Shown: positions 37,446-47,638, counted from the first letter of the stretch. The stretch is 64,000 nt of DNA from Candidatus Latescibacterota bacterium (GCA_965215195.1 CBDCDC010000001.1:256001-320000); one strand, 5' to 3'. The notes: generated by a model not told the origin, from the sequence alone. Program-made: numbers and translations.

Positions 37446-37463
37446 ATGTCAATTTTATGTCAT
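37446..37463 (+). promoter_or_regulatory. OmpR/PhoB-type direct-repeat box
   Basis: ATGTCAA-TTTT-ATGTCAT, 11-bp period, about 50 nt upstream of the spondin gene. Confidence 0.45.
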
Positions 37464-37511
37464 CTTAATTTTAGGTAAGGATTCTTAAAACCCTTTGGAG
37501 GAGAGTGTTCC

Positions 37512-39848
37512 ATGAAACTGCTTTACGTCTTTTGTGCTGCGGCCATCTTGTTCGCCGCCTGTGCAGACCGAGATCCCCTGTCGTCCACTGCGGACCCATC
37601 TATCGCGCATAGAGCAGGCAAGTCAACCACCTCAACCGGGCCGGTCGCTGGCTTGCCTGAACCGCGCGAGCCCGCGCACTTCACAGTGCGGATCGAAAAC
37701 ATCGGTACCCTCCTCGCTCCAGGCGCGTGGGTCGCTCAGCGCGGGGGTACGCCTCTCTTCGTCGACGGCCAGCCCGATCGCGGCGCTGGCCTCGAAGCCC
37801 TCGCCGAGGACGGCAGTCCCGCCGAACTAGCGACGAGTCTGACCATAAACAGCGGGGTTTTCACCACGCCGGAGGGAGCCGATGGCCCCGGTCCGCTGCC
37901 TCCGGGCAATGCCTATGAATTCAGCTTCATTGCCCGGCCGGGTGACCGGCTGTCGTTTGCCACCATGTACGTGCAGTCCAACGACCTGTTCTTGGCACCG
38001 GACGACACTGGCATTGCCCTGTTCAACGACGACGGCCAGTCAATAAGCGACGACGTCACCGCTCTGGTCCGCCTGTGGGATGCGGGCACGGAAGTCAACG
38101 AGGAGCCGGGCGTGGGCGAAAACCAAGCGCCGCGGCAGGCTGGGGCCAACACCGGCGCGGACGAAGGGGGTGCGGTGCGCTTAGTGGACGACGGGTTCAC
38201 CTATCCGGCCGTGAGCGACATCGTGCGCATCACCGTCTTCTCTGAAGGTGGCGTGAGCATCAGTGACGTGGACGACGTGGACGACGACACGGATGGCGAC
38301 GTGGACGACGGCGACATGGACGACGGCGACACGGATGGCGACATGGACGACGACCCAACCGGGCCCGAGGTTGTGATAACGCCCGGTGTTCTGTTCCTGA
38401 CCAATGAGCTGATAAGCTATTTTCAGGACGCCCTATTGGTCGCGCTGCTCGCGGATGAGAGGACGATTGACGGAGCTAGCGGTGGCACGTTGGCCATTGC
38501 GGGCAACGAATGGGTGCTAACGGATTATTCGCCCAATGGGACGCTGGTGCTCAACGGCACCTTGAACGTGGGCGAAGATCAGTTTCCCAGCATTCCCGTA
38601 ACTGGAGAGATAACCGCTTCCGGTGCGTTCAATGCTGCGGTATCGTTAGACCTTCTGGTCGATCTGTCTGGCGCTGAGCCCTCTGTGACCGGCACTATTA
38701 CCGTTGGGGTGCCTTACGACATCAGTGCTATCATCGCAGCGGCTGAAGCACTCGCTGGCGACGGCGATGCAGATGGCGATGGCGATGCAGATGGCGATGG
38801 CGATGCAGATGGCGATGCAGATGGCGATGCAGACGGTGAAGGCGACGCGGATGGCGATGCCGATGCGGACGGTGATGCCGATGCGGACGGTGATGCCGAT
38901 GCGGATGGCGACAGCGACGCGGATGGCGACGGCGATGCGGACGGTGATGCCGATGCGGATGGCGACGCAGATGCAGACGGTGATGCCGATGCGGACAGCG
39001 ACGGCGATGCAGACGGTGATGCCGATGCAGACGGCGACGGCGATGCGGATGGCGACGCAGACAGCGACGGCGATGCGGATGGCGACGCAGACAGCGACGG
39101 CGATGCGGATGGCGACGCAGACAGCGACGGCGATGCGGATGGCGACGCAGATGCAGACGGTGATGCCGATGCAGACGGCGACGGCGATGCGGATGGCGAC
39201 CTCACTGGCGGTCCGACCGCCCCGACCGGTCCGGTCGCTGGCTTGGCTGAACCGCGTGTGCCGGTGCAATTTACGGTGCGGATCGAAAACATCGGCACCC
39301 TCCTCGCTCCAGGCGCGTGGGTCGCTCAGCGCGGGGGTACGCCCCTGTTCAGCGCTGGCCAGCCCGATCGCGGTGCTGGCCTCGAAGCCCTCGCCGAAGA
39401 CGGCAATCCAGCGGAACTGGCGGCGAACCTCCACCCAAACAGCGGGGTTTTCACCACGCCGGTGGGAGCCGATGGCCCCGGTCCGCTGCCTCCGGGCAAT
39501 GCCTATGAATTCAGCTTCGTTGCCCGGCCGGGTGACTGGCTGTCGTTTGCCACCATGTACGTGCAGTCCAACGACCTGTTCTTGGCACCCGACGACACCG
39601 GCATTGCCCTGTTCACCGACGGTCAGCCAATAAGCGGCGATGTCACCGCTCAGATCGGCCTGTGGGACGCCGGCACGGAAGTCAACGAGGAGCCGGGCGT
39701 GGGCGAAAACCAAGCGCCGCGGCAGGCTGGGGCCAACACCGGCGCGGACGAAGGGGGTGCGGTGCGCTTAGTGGACGACGGGTTCACCTATCCGGCCGTG
39801 AGCGACATCGTGCGCATCACCATCTCCGCCGCAGGTTCTGAGGGCTGA
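37512..39848 (+). CDS. Lipoprotein with two spondin_N-like domains and an Asp/Gly/Ala-rich linker
   Basis: Lipobox ILFAAC; twice [33 protein letters not shown]; RBS GGAGGAG. Confidence 0.88.
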   Translation: MKLLYVFCAAAILFAACADRDPLSSTADPSIAHRAGKSTTSTGPVAGLPEPREPAHFTVRIENIGTLLAPGAWVAQRGGTPLFVDGQPDRGAGLEALAEDGSPAELATSLTINSGVFTTPEGADGPGPLPPGNAYEFSFIARPGDRLSFATMYVQSNDLFLAPDDTGIALFNDDGQSISDDVTALVRLWDAGTEVNEEPGVGENQAPRQAGANTGADEGGAVRLVDDGFTYPAVSDIVRITVFSEGGVSISDVDDVDDDTDGDVDDGDMDDGDTDGDMDDDPTGPEVVITPGVLFLTNELISYFQDALLVALLADERTIDGASGGTLAIAGNEWVLTDYSPNGTLVLNGTLNVGEDQFPSIPVTGEITASGAFNAAVSLDLLVDLSGAEPSVTGTITVGVPYDISAIIAAAEALAGDGDADGDGDADGDGDADGDADGDADGEGDADGDADADGDADADGDADADGDSDADGDGDADGDADADGDADADGDADADSDGDADGDADADGDGDADGDADSDGDADGDADSDGDADGDADSDGDADGDADADGDADADGDGDADGDLTGGPTAPTGPVAGLAEPRVPVQFTVRIENIGTLLAPGAWVAQRGGTPLFSAGQPDRGAGLEALAEDGNPAELAANLHPNSGVFTTPVGADGPGPLPPGNAYEFSFVARPGDWLSFATMYVQSNDLFLAPDDTGIALFTDGQPISGDVTAQIGLWDAGTEVNEEPGVGENQAPRQAGANTGADEGGAVRLVDDGFTYPAVSDIVRITISAAGSEG
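37635..39821 (+). repeat. Intragenic direct repeat, about 600 bp (37635-38234 and 39225-39821)
   Basis: Near-identical DNA for the two spondin domains, with long identical stretches. Confidence 0.92.
38758..39200 (+). repeat. Low-complexity tandem repeat encoding (DG/DA/DS)n
   Basis: Includes exact 30-bp unit ACAGCGACGGCGATGCGGATGGCGACGCAG x3 at 39061-39150. Confidence 0.95.
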
Positions 39849-39885
39849 GATGACTCAGTGCCGGCGACCTAGGCACTGTTAAACG

Positions 39886-39928
39886 CGAAAAGTGGAGGTA
39901 ATGGCTTTGCCGTTGCCTCCATTTTTCG
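39886..39928. terminator. Terminator hairpin after spondin gene
   Basis: CGAAAAGTGGAGGTAATGGC-TTT-GCCGTTGCCTCCATTTTTCG. Confidence 0.75.
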
Positions 39929-40208
39929 TCTACATGCGCCGCAGCGAATCAACGATATCATCGCGGCGGCTGACTCCTCGATTACGCCGCTCCCGACATC
40001 ATCGAGAGCCATAGTTACTGGTCGTGTCGCTACGATTCCGCGATATTCGCTGCCCCCCGCTTCAAGCGGCTCTACCAGCCGGTCAGCGTCCGCGTAACTG
40101 ACTGGACTCGTAAGCGTTGCAAGTCCAACCCGGAATCCCTGTTCGGAATCTGGGTGGGGGGTAGGTCAACCATACAACGAGGGTGTCGCGTAGTAAGGGT
40201 TATGCCCT

Positions 40209-40251
40209 AAAAAGTGGAGGTGACGTTCTCACTCGTTGCCTCTTCTTTTTT
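40209..40251. terminator. Terminator hairpin after dppB, related in sequence to the 39886 hairpin
   Basis: AAAAAGTGGAGGTGACG-TTCTCACT-CGTTGCCTCTTCTTTTTT. Confidence 0.6.
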
Positions 40252-40258
40252 GTCACCC

Positions 40259-41269
40259 CTAGTCCTCGTCGTAGCGTATCCGCGGATCCAGCCAAGCGTA
40301 GAGCACGTCGGCGATGAGGTTGGCCAGCACAAAGACCGTGGCCAGCAGCAAAACCCCGCCCTGCACGGCGCGGAAGTCGCGCGCCTGCACCGCCAAAAAG
40401 AGCCAGCGCCCAACCCCGGGCCAAGCAAAGATGGTCTCGGTGATGACCGCGCCCCCGAGCAGGTAGCCGAATTCGAGGGCAATGACCGTAAGCGTGGGTA
40501 TAAAGGCGTTTTTCAGGGCGTGGCGCACAATCACCACCCGCTGCCGCAGGCCCTTGGCCCAAGCCGTGCGGATGTAGTCCTCGCCGAGGACGTCGAGCAA
40601 GCTGGCGCGGGTCATGCGCGCAATGACGGCCATGGGAATGGTCCCCAAAGTCAGGGCTGGAAGAAAAAGGTGCCACAGCACGTCGCCGCAGGCCGCGAAA
40701 TCGCCCTGCGCGAGGGCGTCGATTACGTAGAAATAAGTGATCGGCTCAAAGTAGATATGCGTGCTCAAGCGGCCGGACACCGGAAAGAGCGGCACGTAAA
40801 AGGCCAATAGCAACACCAGCATCAGGGCCAGCCAAAATACGGGAATGGAAATGCCGGCCGTGGCCAAGATCATGCTGAGGAGATCGGCGATTTTGCCCCG
40901 CCGCACCGCGGCCCACAGTCCGGCCGCGATGCCGACCGTCATGGCCAGCAGCATACTGGCCAAGGTCAGCTCGCAGGTGGCCGGAAAGCGCTGGACGAGC
41001 TCGGTGGTGATTTTCTCGTGGGTGCGAATTGAGCGGCCGAGGTCGCCGCGCAACAGGCCGGTGAAGAAGCGGTAAAACTGCACGTGAAAGGGCTGGTCGA
41101 GGCCCATGGTCGCGCGCAGCTCGGCCAAGCTCTCGGCATTGGCGCGCTCCCCGAGCATGACTTGGGCCGGGTCGCCCGGCACCAAGTAGAGCATCAGAAA
41201 AACCAACAGCGAAATCCCCGCCAGCGTCGGCAAAAGCGCGATGAGCCGCCGGAGGACGAAGCGGTACAT
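40259..41269 (-). CDS. dppB: Peptide ABC transporter permease (DppB-like)
   Basis: VPGDPA, GDLGRS, RFPATCEL, DYIRTAWAKGL, GAVITETIFAWPGVG. Confidence 0.92.
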   Translation of the reverse strand: MYRFVLRRLIALLPTLAGISLLVFLMLYLVPGDPAQVMLGERANAESLAELRATMGLDQPFHVQFYRFFTGLLRGDLGRSIRTHEKITTELVQRFPATCELTLASMLLAMTVGIAAGLWAAVRRGKIADLLSMILATAGISIPVFWLALMLVLLLAFYVPLFPVSGRLSTHIYFEPITYFYVIDALAQGDFAACGDVLWHLFLPALTLGTIPMAVIARMTRASLLDVLGEDYIRTAWAKGLRQRVVIVRHALKNAFIPTLTVIALEFGYLLGGAVITETIFAWPGVGRWLFLAVQARDFRAVQGGVLLLATVFVLANLIADVLYAWLDPRIRYDED

Positions 41270-41272
41270 TGG

Positions 41273-42832
41273 TCAAGGGGCTAGCGCGGTGCTGTGGAAC
41301 CACTTGCTGCCCGTAGGATGCAGCTTGAAGCCAGTGACGCGGCGCTGGAAAGCCACCGTCTGCGTCGCGTGTACTAGGGGGACCCAGGGCGCGTCGCGGT
41401 GGACGATTTCCTGCGCCCGGGCATAGAGCTGCGTACGCTCGGCGCGGTCGGTGGAGCGGCGAGCCGCGACGAGGGCCTCGTGCAGCTCGGCACTGCGGTA
41501 GAAGGAGATATTCTGGGCCGGCTTGACGGCCGCGGTGGAGTCGAGGAGCACGTAGAGGAAGTTGTCCGGGTCGCCGTTGTCGCCGGTCCAGCCCAACAAG
41601 GCCATCTGGTGCTGGCCGTCGAACACCTTGTCCAAGTACGTCCCCCATTCCCAAGACACAATGCGGGCGCGGATGCCCACCTTTTCCAAGTCGGCCTGAA
41701 TGGCCTCGGCGATCTTGCTGGGCTGCGGCATATAGGGCCGCGGCACCGGCATGGCCCACAGCTCGGTCTCAAAGCCGTCGGCATAACCGGCTTCCGCTAG
41801 CAAGGCCCGCGCCTTCGCCGGATCGTAACCGTAGCCCGCAATGGCGTCGTTGTAGCTCCACAGGGTCGGCGGGATGGGGTTTTTGGCCGGCATGGCCAAG
41901 CCCTCGTAGAAATTGTCCACGAGGGCCTGCTTATCCACGGCGTGGTTTACGGCGCGGCGCACCCGCACGTCGTCGAAAGGCTTCTTGTCCATGTGCATGG
42001 CCAAGTAGCCGATGTTCATGCCCGCCTGCGTCAAAAGCTGGAGATTGGGATCGGCGCGGATCGGCTCAATGTACTCGGGGCTGAGGTTGTCAAAGCCGTG
42101 GATCGCGCCCTGCGCAAGCTCCAAGAAGCGCACCGCAGCTTCCTGAATAGGCTTGAAAATTAGGCGGTCAATCTGCGGCTTTGGCCCCCAGTAATCGGGG
42201 TTGCGCTCCAAGACGATGCGCTCGTCCTTGCGCCATTCGACAAAGCGAAACGGGCCGGTGCCAACCGGGTTTTTGAAGTAATCGCGGCCGTAGCGAGCCA
42301 CCGCGGCCGGGCTGACGGCCGCACAGAAGTTCATGGCCAAGTTCGCCAAGAAGGGGGCATGCGGCTCTTTGAGGCGGATGACAAAGGTCGAATCGTCCGG
42401 GGCCTCTAGCGCGGCGACGATGTCGTCCATGCCCATGGCCTGCCAGTACTTGTACGCGCCGGCAACCTTGTGGAAGGGGTGGTCTTTGTACAACTGCCGC
42501 CCGAGGGAAAACAGCATGGCCTCGGCGTCAAAGGGGGTGCCGTCGTGGAAGCGGACCCCGGTGCGCAAGTGGAAGGTCCACGTGAGCTGATCGTCTGCGA
42601 TGTCCCAAGAATGCGCTAGCTGCGGCACCACGGCCGTGCTCGCGCTGTCGTAGGTCACCAAGGTCTCGTACACGTTGTCGCAGACCTTGAACGATTCGCC
42701 GTCGTTTTCAAGCCCCGGATCCAGCCCGATCGAATCCGAGCCGCGGCCAAAAACCAAGGTCTGCTGCGTGCGTTCCTCCCCGCCACAGGCCACGACCAAG
42801 GCGACGAGCAGAAGGGCGACAAGACGCTGCAA
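41273..42832 (-). CDS. dppA: Peptide ABC transporter substrate-binding lipoprotein (DppA-like, family 5)
   Basis: Lipobox LVVAC, GVRFHDGTPF, PVGTGPF, WAMPVPRPYMP, GWTGDNGDPDNF. Confidence 0.93.
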   Translation of the reverse strand: MQRLVALLLVALVVACGGEERTQQTLVFGRGSDSIGLDPGLENDGESFKVCDNVYETLVTYDSASTAVVPQLAHSWDIADDQLTWTFHLRTGVRFHDGTPFDAEAMLFSLGRQLYKDHPFHKVAGAYKYWQAMGMDDIVAALEAPDDSTFVIRLKEPHAPFLANLAMNFCAAVSPAAVARYGRDYFKNPVGTGPFRFVEWRKDERIVLERNPDYWGPKPQIDRLIFKPIQEAAVRFLELAQGAIHGFDNLSPEYIEPIRADPNLQLLTQAGMNIGYLAMHMDKKPFDDVRVRRAVNHAVDKQALVDNFYEGLAMPAKNPIPPTLWSYNDAIAGYGYDPAKARALLAEAGYADGFETELWAMPVPRPYMPQPSKIAEAIQADLEKVGIRARIVSWEWGTYLDKVFDGQHQMALLGWTGDNGDPDNFLYVLLDSTAAVKPAQNISFYRSAELHEALVAARRSTDRAERTQLYARAQEIVHRDAPWVPLVHATQTVAFQRRVTGFKLHPTGSKWFHSTALAP

Positions 42833-42834
42833 GG

Positions 42835-43824
42835 CTAGTCCTCAAACGCCGCGTCAAAGGCAATGTCCGAGGCCGGGAAATCGACCTGTTTGACGAAGGC
42901 GGCCGCTTCGGTCGCGCCGTGGACGCGATCCATGCCGCTGTCTTCCCATTCGACCGACAGCGGCCCTTGGTAGTTGATGCGGTTGAGAGCGCGGATGATT
43001 TCCTCGAAGTCGATATTGCCGCGGCCCAACGAGCGGAAGTCCCAATAGCGTCGGCGGTCGCCGAACTCGGTGTGCCCGCCGAAGACCCCGGCGTCAGTCG
43101 GCGTGGCCGACCAGCCTACATCCTTCATGTGGACGTGGAAGATGCGGTCGCTGAATCGGTGGATGAACTCGACGTAGTCCACGCCTTGGTAGCCGAGGTG
43201 ACTGGGATCGTAGTTGAAGCCAAAGGCCGGGTGGCCGTTGAGTGCGTCTATGGCGCGCTCGGCCGAGGCGATATCAAAGGCGATTTCCGTGGGGTGTACC
43301 TCTAGCGCGAACTTGACGCCGAGCACTTGGTATTGGTCGAGTATAGGTTTCCAGCGCGCGGCAAAATCCGCGTACCCAGCCTCGATCCTGTCCGGGGATA
43401 CCGGCGGGAACGAGTAGAGCAAGGGCCAAATCGAAGAGCCGGTAAAGCCGTTGACCACGTCGACCCCGAGCCGGGCGGCCGCTTGCCCGGTGGCGATCAT
43501 TTCTGCGGCCGCGCGCTGGCGCACGCCCTCTGGGCGGCCGTCGCCGAAGATGCGCGGGGGCAGGATGGCTTGGTGGCGGCTGTCGATGGCGTCGCACACG
43601 GCCTGGCCGACGAGGTGATTGGAAATGGAAAACAGCGCTAGATCGTGTTTGGCGAGCAGTTCGCGCTTGGCCTTGCAGTAAGCGTCGTCGGCTTGGTCAA
43701 CCTCAAAGTGGTCGCCCCAGCAGGCCAGTTCCAAGCCGTCGTAGCCGAACTCAACGGCCTGTTGGCAGAGGGTCTCGAGAGGCAGGTCGGCCCACTGGCC
43801 AGTGAAGAGGGTGACGGATCGCAT
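42835..43824 (-). CDS. Sugar phosphate isomerase/epimerase (TIM barrel; [14 protein letters not shown] family)
   Basis: [41 protein letters not shown]. Confidence 0.9.
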   Translation of the reverse strand: MRSVTLFTGQWADLPLETLCQQAVEFGYDGLELACWGDHFEVDQADDAYCKAKRELLAKHDLALFSISNHLVGQAVCDAIDSRHQAILPPRIFGDGRPEGVRQRAAAEMIATGQAAARLGVDVVNGFTGSSIWPLLYSFPPVSPDRIEAGYADFAARWKPILDQYQVLGVKFALEVHPTEIAFDIASAERAIDALNGHPAFGFNYDPSHLGYQGVDYVEFIHRFSDRIFHVHMKDVGWSATPTDAGVFGGHTEFGDRRRYWDFRSLGRGNIDFEEIIRALNRINYQGPLSVEWEDSGMDRVHGATEAAAFVKQVDFPASDIAFDAAFED

Positions 43825-43905
43825 TGTAGTCGCTCCTTGTTGGTGTTTGCACAAAAGGGAGGGAGTATATACGCCGGTCGCCGCCGCGATGTCAAGGCCC
43901 GTCCG

Positions 43906-44667
43906 CTAGCGGCTCAGCGACTTTTCCCGCCGCAGGTCGATGTCAAAAATGCGCAGGTAGCGGCCCTGAAACTCGCCGATGACTTCGGGAATCAGGTCCT
44001 CGTCGAGATCGAGCAGGCCCATGCGCTCGCCAAAAGGCTCGGTCGCCTTCCACTCCAAGTCGAAGAAGCGGGCGTCGAACACGTACCCGTCGTTGAGCAC
44101 GATCTCGTCTTCATCGTCCCCATCTACATCGCCGATGAGGATCTGATGGGCCGTCAAGTCGGTCTGGTCGCTGCGCCACTGCTCGTACTGGTCGCGGCCG
44201 TCGTACACGATTAGGCGGCCATCGGCGCAGAACACGAGCTCGGGCTGGGGATCGTCGTCAATGTCGCCGATGGTCAGGCTGGTAATGCGGGCGTATTCAT
44301 TCGGCGAGTTGCTCCACAGCAGGGTGTAGTCCTGAGAGTCGAGGTAATACACGCGGCCGTGATCGGTATAGGCGACGATTTCGTCGAGCTGGTCGTCGTT
44401 GATATCGAGGACGAACACGCCGGCTACGGCCCCTTCGAGGTAGTCGCTGACCCACACCTCGGTATAGGCGCGGTCGCGCTCTTCATAGACGTGGATCCGG
44501 CCGTTGCTGTCGCCGAGTACGAGGCGAGCTGGGCCTTCGCCCGCGGGCAAGCGCTGGATATTGTCGAATTCGTCTAGATCGCCGCTATAAGCCGGCCATT
44601 CCACGGCTTGGCTCGATAGCGGCGCCAGCCACAACGCACATAAGATCAACCGCAACATGATGGGCAT
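43906..44667 (-). CDS. Secreted FG-GAP/VCBS-like repeat protein
   Basis: Signal peptide; four DINDDQLDEI / DIDDDPQPEL / DVDGDDEDEI / DLDEDLIPEV loops. Confidence 0.7.
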   Translation of the reverse strand: MPIMLRLILCALWLAPLSSQAVEWPAYSGDLDEFDNIQRLPAGEGPARLVLGDSNGRIHVYEERDRAYTEVWVSDYLEGAVAGVFVLDINDDQLDEIVAYTDHGRVYYLDSQDYTLLWSNSPNEYARITSLTIGDIDDDPQPELVFCADGRLIVYDGRDQYEQWRSDQTDLTAHQILIGDVDGDDEDEIVLNDGYVFDARFFDLEWKATEPFGERMGLLDLDEDLIPEVIGEFQGRYLRIFDIDLRREKSLSR

Positions 44668-45866
44668 TACTCCTTGGTGGCGGCCGCGTACGCGGCCTCG
44701 TATACGGAGAGCAAGGGCACTTGGTGCTCTTGGGCCAGCCGAGCGCAGTCCTCGTATTCAGGGGCGGCGCGGCAGCGTCCGTCTATGCAGCTAAACTTGA
44801 CGCCGACCGCCCCGTACGGGGTGGCAACGGCGCGGCTCTGGCGTTCCAAGATGCGGCGTTCCACCCCGTAGTAGCGCAGGCCGATGGTGGTCGTTTCTCG
44901 CAGGACGATGTCGGCCAGCTCGTCCAAGCGGCCCGCCGGAGCGAGGACGCTGAGGACGTTGCCCGGGCGGCCCTTTTTCATCAGGACCGGCGTGGCGTAC
45001 ACGTCGCATGCGCCCTGCGCTAGCAGCCGGTCGAAGAGGTAGCCGTACACTTCTGGATTCATGTCGTCGATATTGGCTTCGATCAACAGAACGCGCTCGC
45101 TGGCCGGCGTGCGCTCGCCCAAGCGCAGGCGCAATAGATTGGGAATGGCCTCTAAGTCGCGGCGGCCCGCGCCATAGCCGACGGCCTGTTGGCAGAAGGG
45201 CGGCTGCGGCCCAAAGGAACGGGCCAAGGTGGTGATGATCGCCGCCCCGGTCGGGGTGACGAGTTCGGCGCGGATATCGGTCTGTTCGGTCGGCACGTCG
45301 CGGCAAAGGGCCAAGACCCCAGGCACGGGCACCGGGTAGCGCCCGTGCGCACAGCGCACAAAACCCGTGCCAAAGCGCAGGGGCGAAGCCCAGATCTCGT
45401 CGATCTCCAAGAGTTGGAGGCCGGCCACAGCCCCCACTACGTCTATCAGGGCGTCGAGGGCCCCCACTTCGTGCAGGGCCACTGCGGCGGGCGCGGCCTT
45501 GTGGACCTCGGCTTCGGCTGCACACAGGCGCTCAAAGACGCGAATGGAGCGTTCCTTGACGACGCTGTCTAAGCGGCTGTCGGCAATGCGGCTGGTTATA
45601 TCTCGGAGGTGGGCGTGAGCATGTGCGCCAGACAGGTCGAGATGGTGCGCGGCGTCGGCCAACGGTGCGCCGGCCATGCAGACCTTGGCGCGGGTGGCGG
45701 CAATGGCGTGCCGGGCGGTGGATTCGCGCTCAATCGCGACGTCCTTGACGCCCAGCTTGGCGATTTCTCGGTTGAGGTGCTCTAGCGCGAGACCAGCGTC
45801 GAGCAGGGCACCCAAGATCATGTCGCCGCTGATACCGGAGAAGCAGTCGAAATAGGCGATTTTCAT
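44667..45866 (-). CDS. larC: Nickel-pincer cofactor biosynthesis protein LarC
   Basis: YFDCFSGISGDMILGAL, HEVGALD, ELVTPTGAAI, EANIDD, MKKGRPG, ETTTIGLR, PEYEDC. Confidence 0.93.
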   Translation of the reverse strand: MKIAYFDCFSGISGDMILGALLDAGLALEHLNREIAKLGVKDVAIERESTARHAIAATRAKVCMAGAPLADAAHHLDLSGAHAHAHLRDITSRIADSRLDSVVKERSIRVFERLCAAEAEVHKAAPAAVALHEVGALDALIDVVGAVAGLQLLEIDEIWASPLRFGTGFVRCAHGRYPVPVPGVLALCRDVPTEQTDIRAELVTPTGAAIITTLARSFGPQPPFCQQAVGYGAGRRDLEAIPNLLRLRLGERTPASERVLLIEANIDDMNPEVYGYLFDRLLAQGACDVYATPVLMKKGRPGNVLSVLAPAGRLDELADIVLRETTTIGLRYYGVERRILERQSRAVATPYGAVGVKFSCIDGRCRAAPEYEDCARLAQEHQVPLLSVYEAAYAAATKE

Positions 45867-45881
45867 CTCGGCGTCCCGCGC

Positions 45882-46289
45882 TCAGGGCAGGCGCTCGAGG
45901 TCGGCCTTGCGCTTCTTCCAGTCGAACTCCTCGGCAAAGTCGTACACATCGACGAAGTCTTCAATCCGGTCCTCGTCTGTCTTGCGCAGCAAGTTCGCGC
46001 CGACCAAGTTGAAGACAATCTCGCCGAAGTCGCGCGTTTGCTCGATGCCCCAGTGGGCAAAGACCGAGCGGGTGAGTGGCCCGAACTGATCGGCGCTGTA
46101 CTCGCTGATGCCAAAGAGCAGATCCCGGCCGGAAATGTGCCGCTTCTCTTCGGCCAAGGCGTCCTTGTTTCTGCTGAGCTTTTGCACTGTGTATTCCAGC
46201 GCGTCGTACACAAAGAGATACGCATCGCGCTTGTAGCGACCGTCGCGCTCGGCCAGATTTTCGATTTCTCGCAGCGATTTTAATTCCAT
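45882..46289 (-). CDS. Minf_1886-like conserved protein
   Basis: RYKRDAYLFVYDALEYT, RHISGRDLL, QFGPL..SVFAHWGI..TRDFGEIVFNLV. Confidence 0.8.
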   Translation of the reverse strand: MELKSLREIENLAERDGRYKRDAYLFVYDALEYTVQKLSRNKDALAEEKRHISGRDLLFGISEYSADQFGPLTRSVFAHWGIEQTRDFGEIVFNLVGANLLRKTDEDRIEDFVDVYDFAEEFDWKKRKADLERLP

Positions 46290-46309
46290 AGCTAGAGAGC
46301 CAATACAAA

Positions 46310-47638
46310 CTAGGGCAGAGTGGATGTCAAGGGGCCGCGGCGCAAAGCCAAGTGGCGCGGACCAAGCGCGAGGACGTGCAAGAGCGCGTCGCGCTTGTGG
46401 ACGAAGTCGGGCAACAGGTCGTCGGCTAGGGTTGAGAAGACACGGCCTGTGTTGATGTGTTCGGGATTGAGGTGGCGGCCGTCCTTGATGATTTCGTAGT
46501 GCAGGTGGGGACCGGTCGCGAGTCCGGTGGCACCAACTTTGCCGATGAGATCCTTCTGCTGTACGAGCTGACCCTTGCGAACCAATATCTTGCTCAGGTG
46601 GGCGTAGCGGGTGCGGTAGCCATTGGCATGGACGATTTCGACCAGCTTGCCGTAGCCACCTTTCCAACCGGCGTACGCGACCTTCCCTTGGGCCGTAGTC
46701 CACACTAGGGTGCCAGTCGGCGCACCGTAGTCCGTGCCCAAGTGGGGGCGCTGCTCTTTGTGGATGGGATGGAAGCGGCGGCGGTTGAAGCGCGAGGTGA
46801 TGCGATTGACTTCGAGGGGCTTGAGGACAAACATCCGGCCGAGGGATTGGCCGCTGGCATTGTAATAGGCGTCCTGCCCCTCGGCCGCGGCATAGCGGAC
46901 TCCCAGCTCGGTCGCTCGTTCACCTTCGTACCGGGCCAAGAGGACGTGACCGTAGCGGATGAAGCGCCCGTCCATGTAGATCTTTTCAAAGACGACCCCC
47001 AGCCGATCGCCGCGGCGCGGGTCGCGCTGGAAGTCGATGACTGCGCCAAAGATGTCATCGGCGAGCACATCGCTGAGCGCGCTGCCTTCCCCGGCCGCGC
47101 TGATGGCGTTGGAGAGGTTGTCCTCAATGCGCACTTCGAGCCGCTCGAGCCGTCGCTCCAACGGCAACTGCAACTGGCGGCCAACGAGCTGACCGCCGCG
47201 CAGGTCCACCTCAATCGGGCACTCCGGGGTGCGGTGCGGCGTGTAGCGGAAGCGGCGAATGACGCCGCTGCTGTCGATTGCGAGCTCGTAGTAGTCGCCC
47301 GGCCTGACTTGAGCGGGGTCAAAGACCGCGTACAGTGCTTGGTACAGGGGCTCCAATTGGCCACTCGGGACGCGATGGTGCTTGAGCGAGCGGTCGATGG
47401 AATCTCCGTGGCGCAGGGCGGCGGCAATCGTCCGCGTGGGATCGTCGGGCGGCGGCGAAATTGGGGGGCCGACAACGGGCGGCTTCCGCACTGCGGCCGA
47501 AGCGGCCGGAGCAAAGGCCACTTCTTGGAGCTGGGCGGCAGCCGTCGAATGCTGAGAGGACATCCCCAAGCGCAGCGCCATAAGCGCAAGGCTGCTCAAG
47601 AGGACGCCCCAGAACCAGAGGGCAAATCCGAATCGCAT
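46310..47638 (-). CDS. M23-family metallo-endopeptidase (MepM-like)
   Basis: N-terminal TM, RRFHPI..RPHLGTDYGAP, YAHLS, ATGPHLHYE. Confidence 0.92.
   Translation of the reverse strand: MRFGFALWFWGVLLSSLALMALRLGMSSQHSTAAAQLQEVAFAPAASAAVRKPPVVGPPISPPPDDPTRTIAAALRHGDSIDRSLKHHRVPSGQLEPLYQALYAVFDPAQVRPGDYYELAIDSSGVIRRFRYTPHRTPECPIEVDLRGGQLVGRQLQLPLERRLERLEVRIEDNLSNAISAAGEGSALSDVLADDIFGAVIDFQRDPRRGDRLGVVFEKIYMDGRFIRYGHVLLARYEGERATELGVRYAAAEGQDAYYNASGQSLGRMFVLKPLEVNRITSRFNRRRFHPIHKEQRPHLGTDYGAPTGTLVWTTAQGKVAYAGWKGGYGKLVEIVHANGYRTRYAHLSKILVRKGQLVQQKDLIGKVGATGLATGPHLHYEIIKDGRHLNPEHINTGRVFSTLADDLLPDFVHKRDALLHVLALGPRHLALRRGPLTSTLP

Noticed and set aside
38758-39200. Possible CRISPR array
   Set aside because: Contiguous coding repeats with no unique spacers; no cas genes
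38646-39713. Met-rich, Ser/Pro-rich and Ile/Ala/Val-rich ORFs over the repeat
   Set aside because: Alternative frames of the DGDA repeat, stop-free by construction
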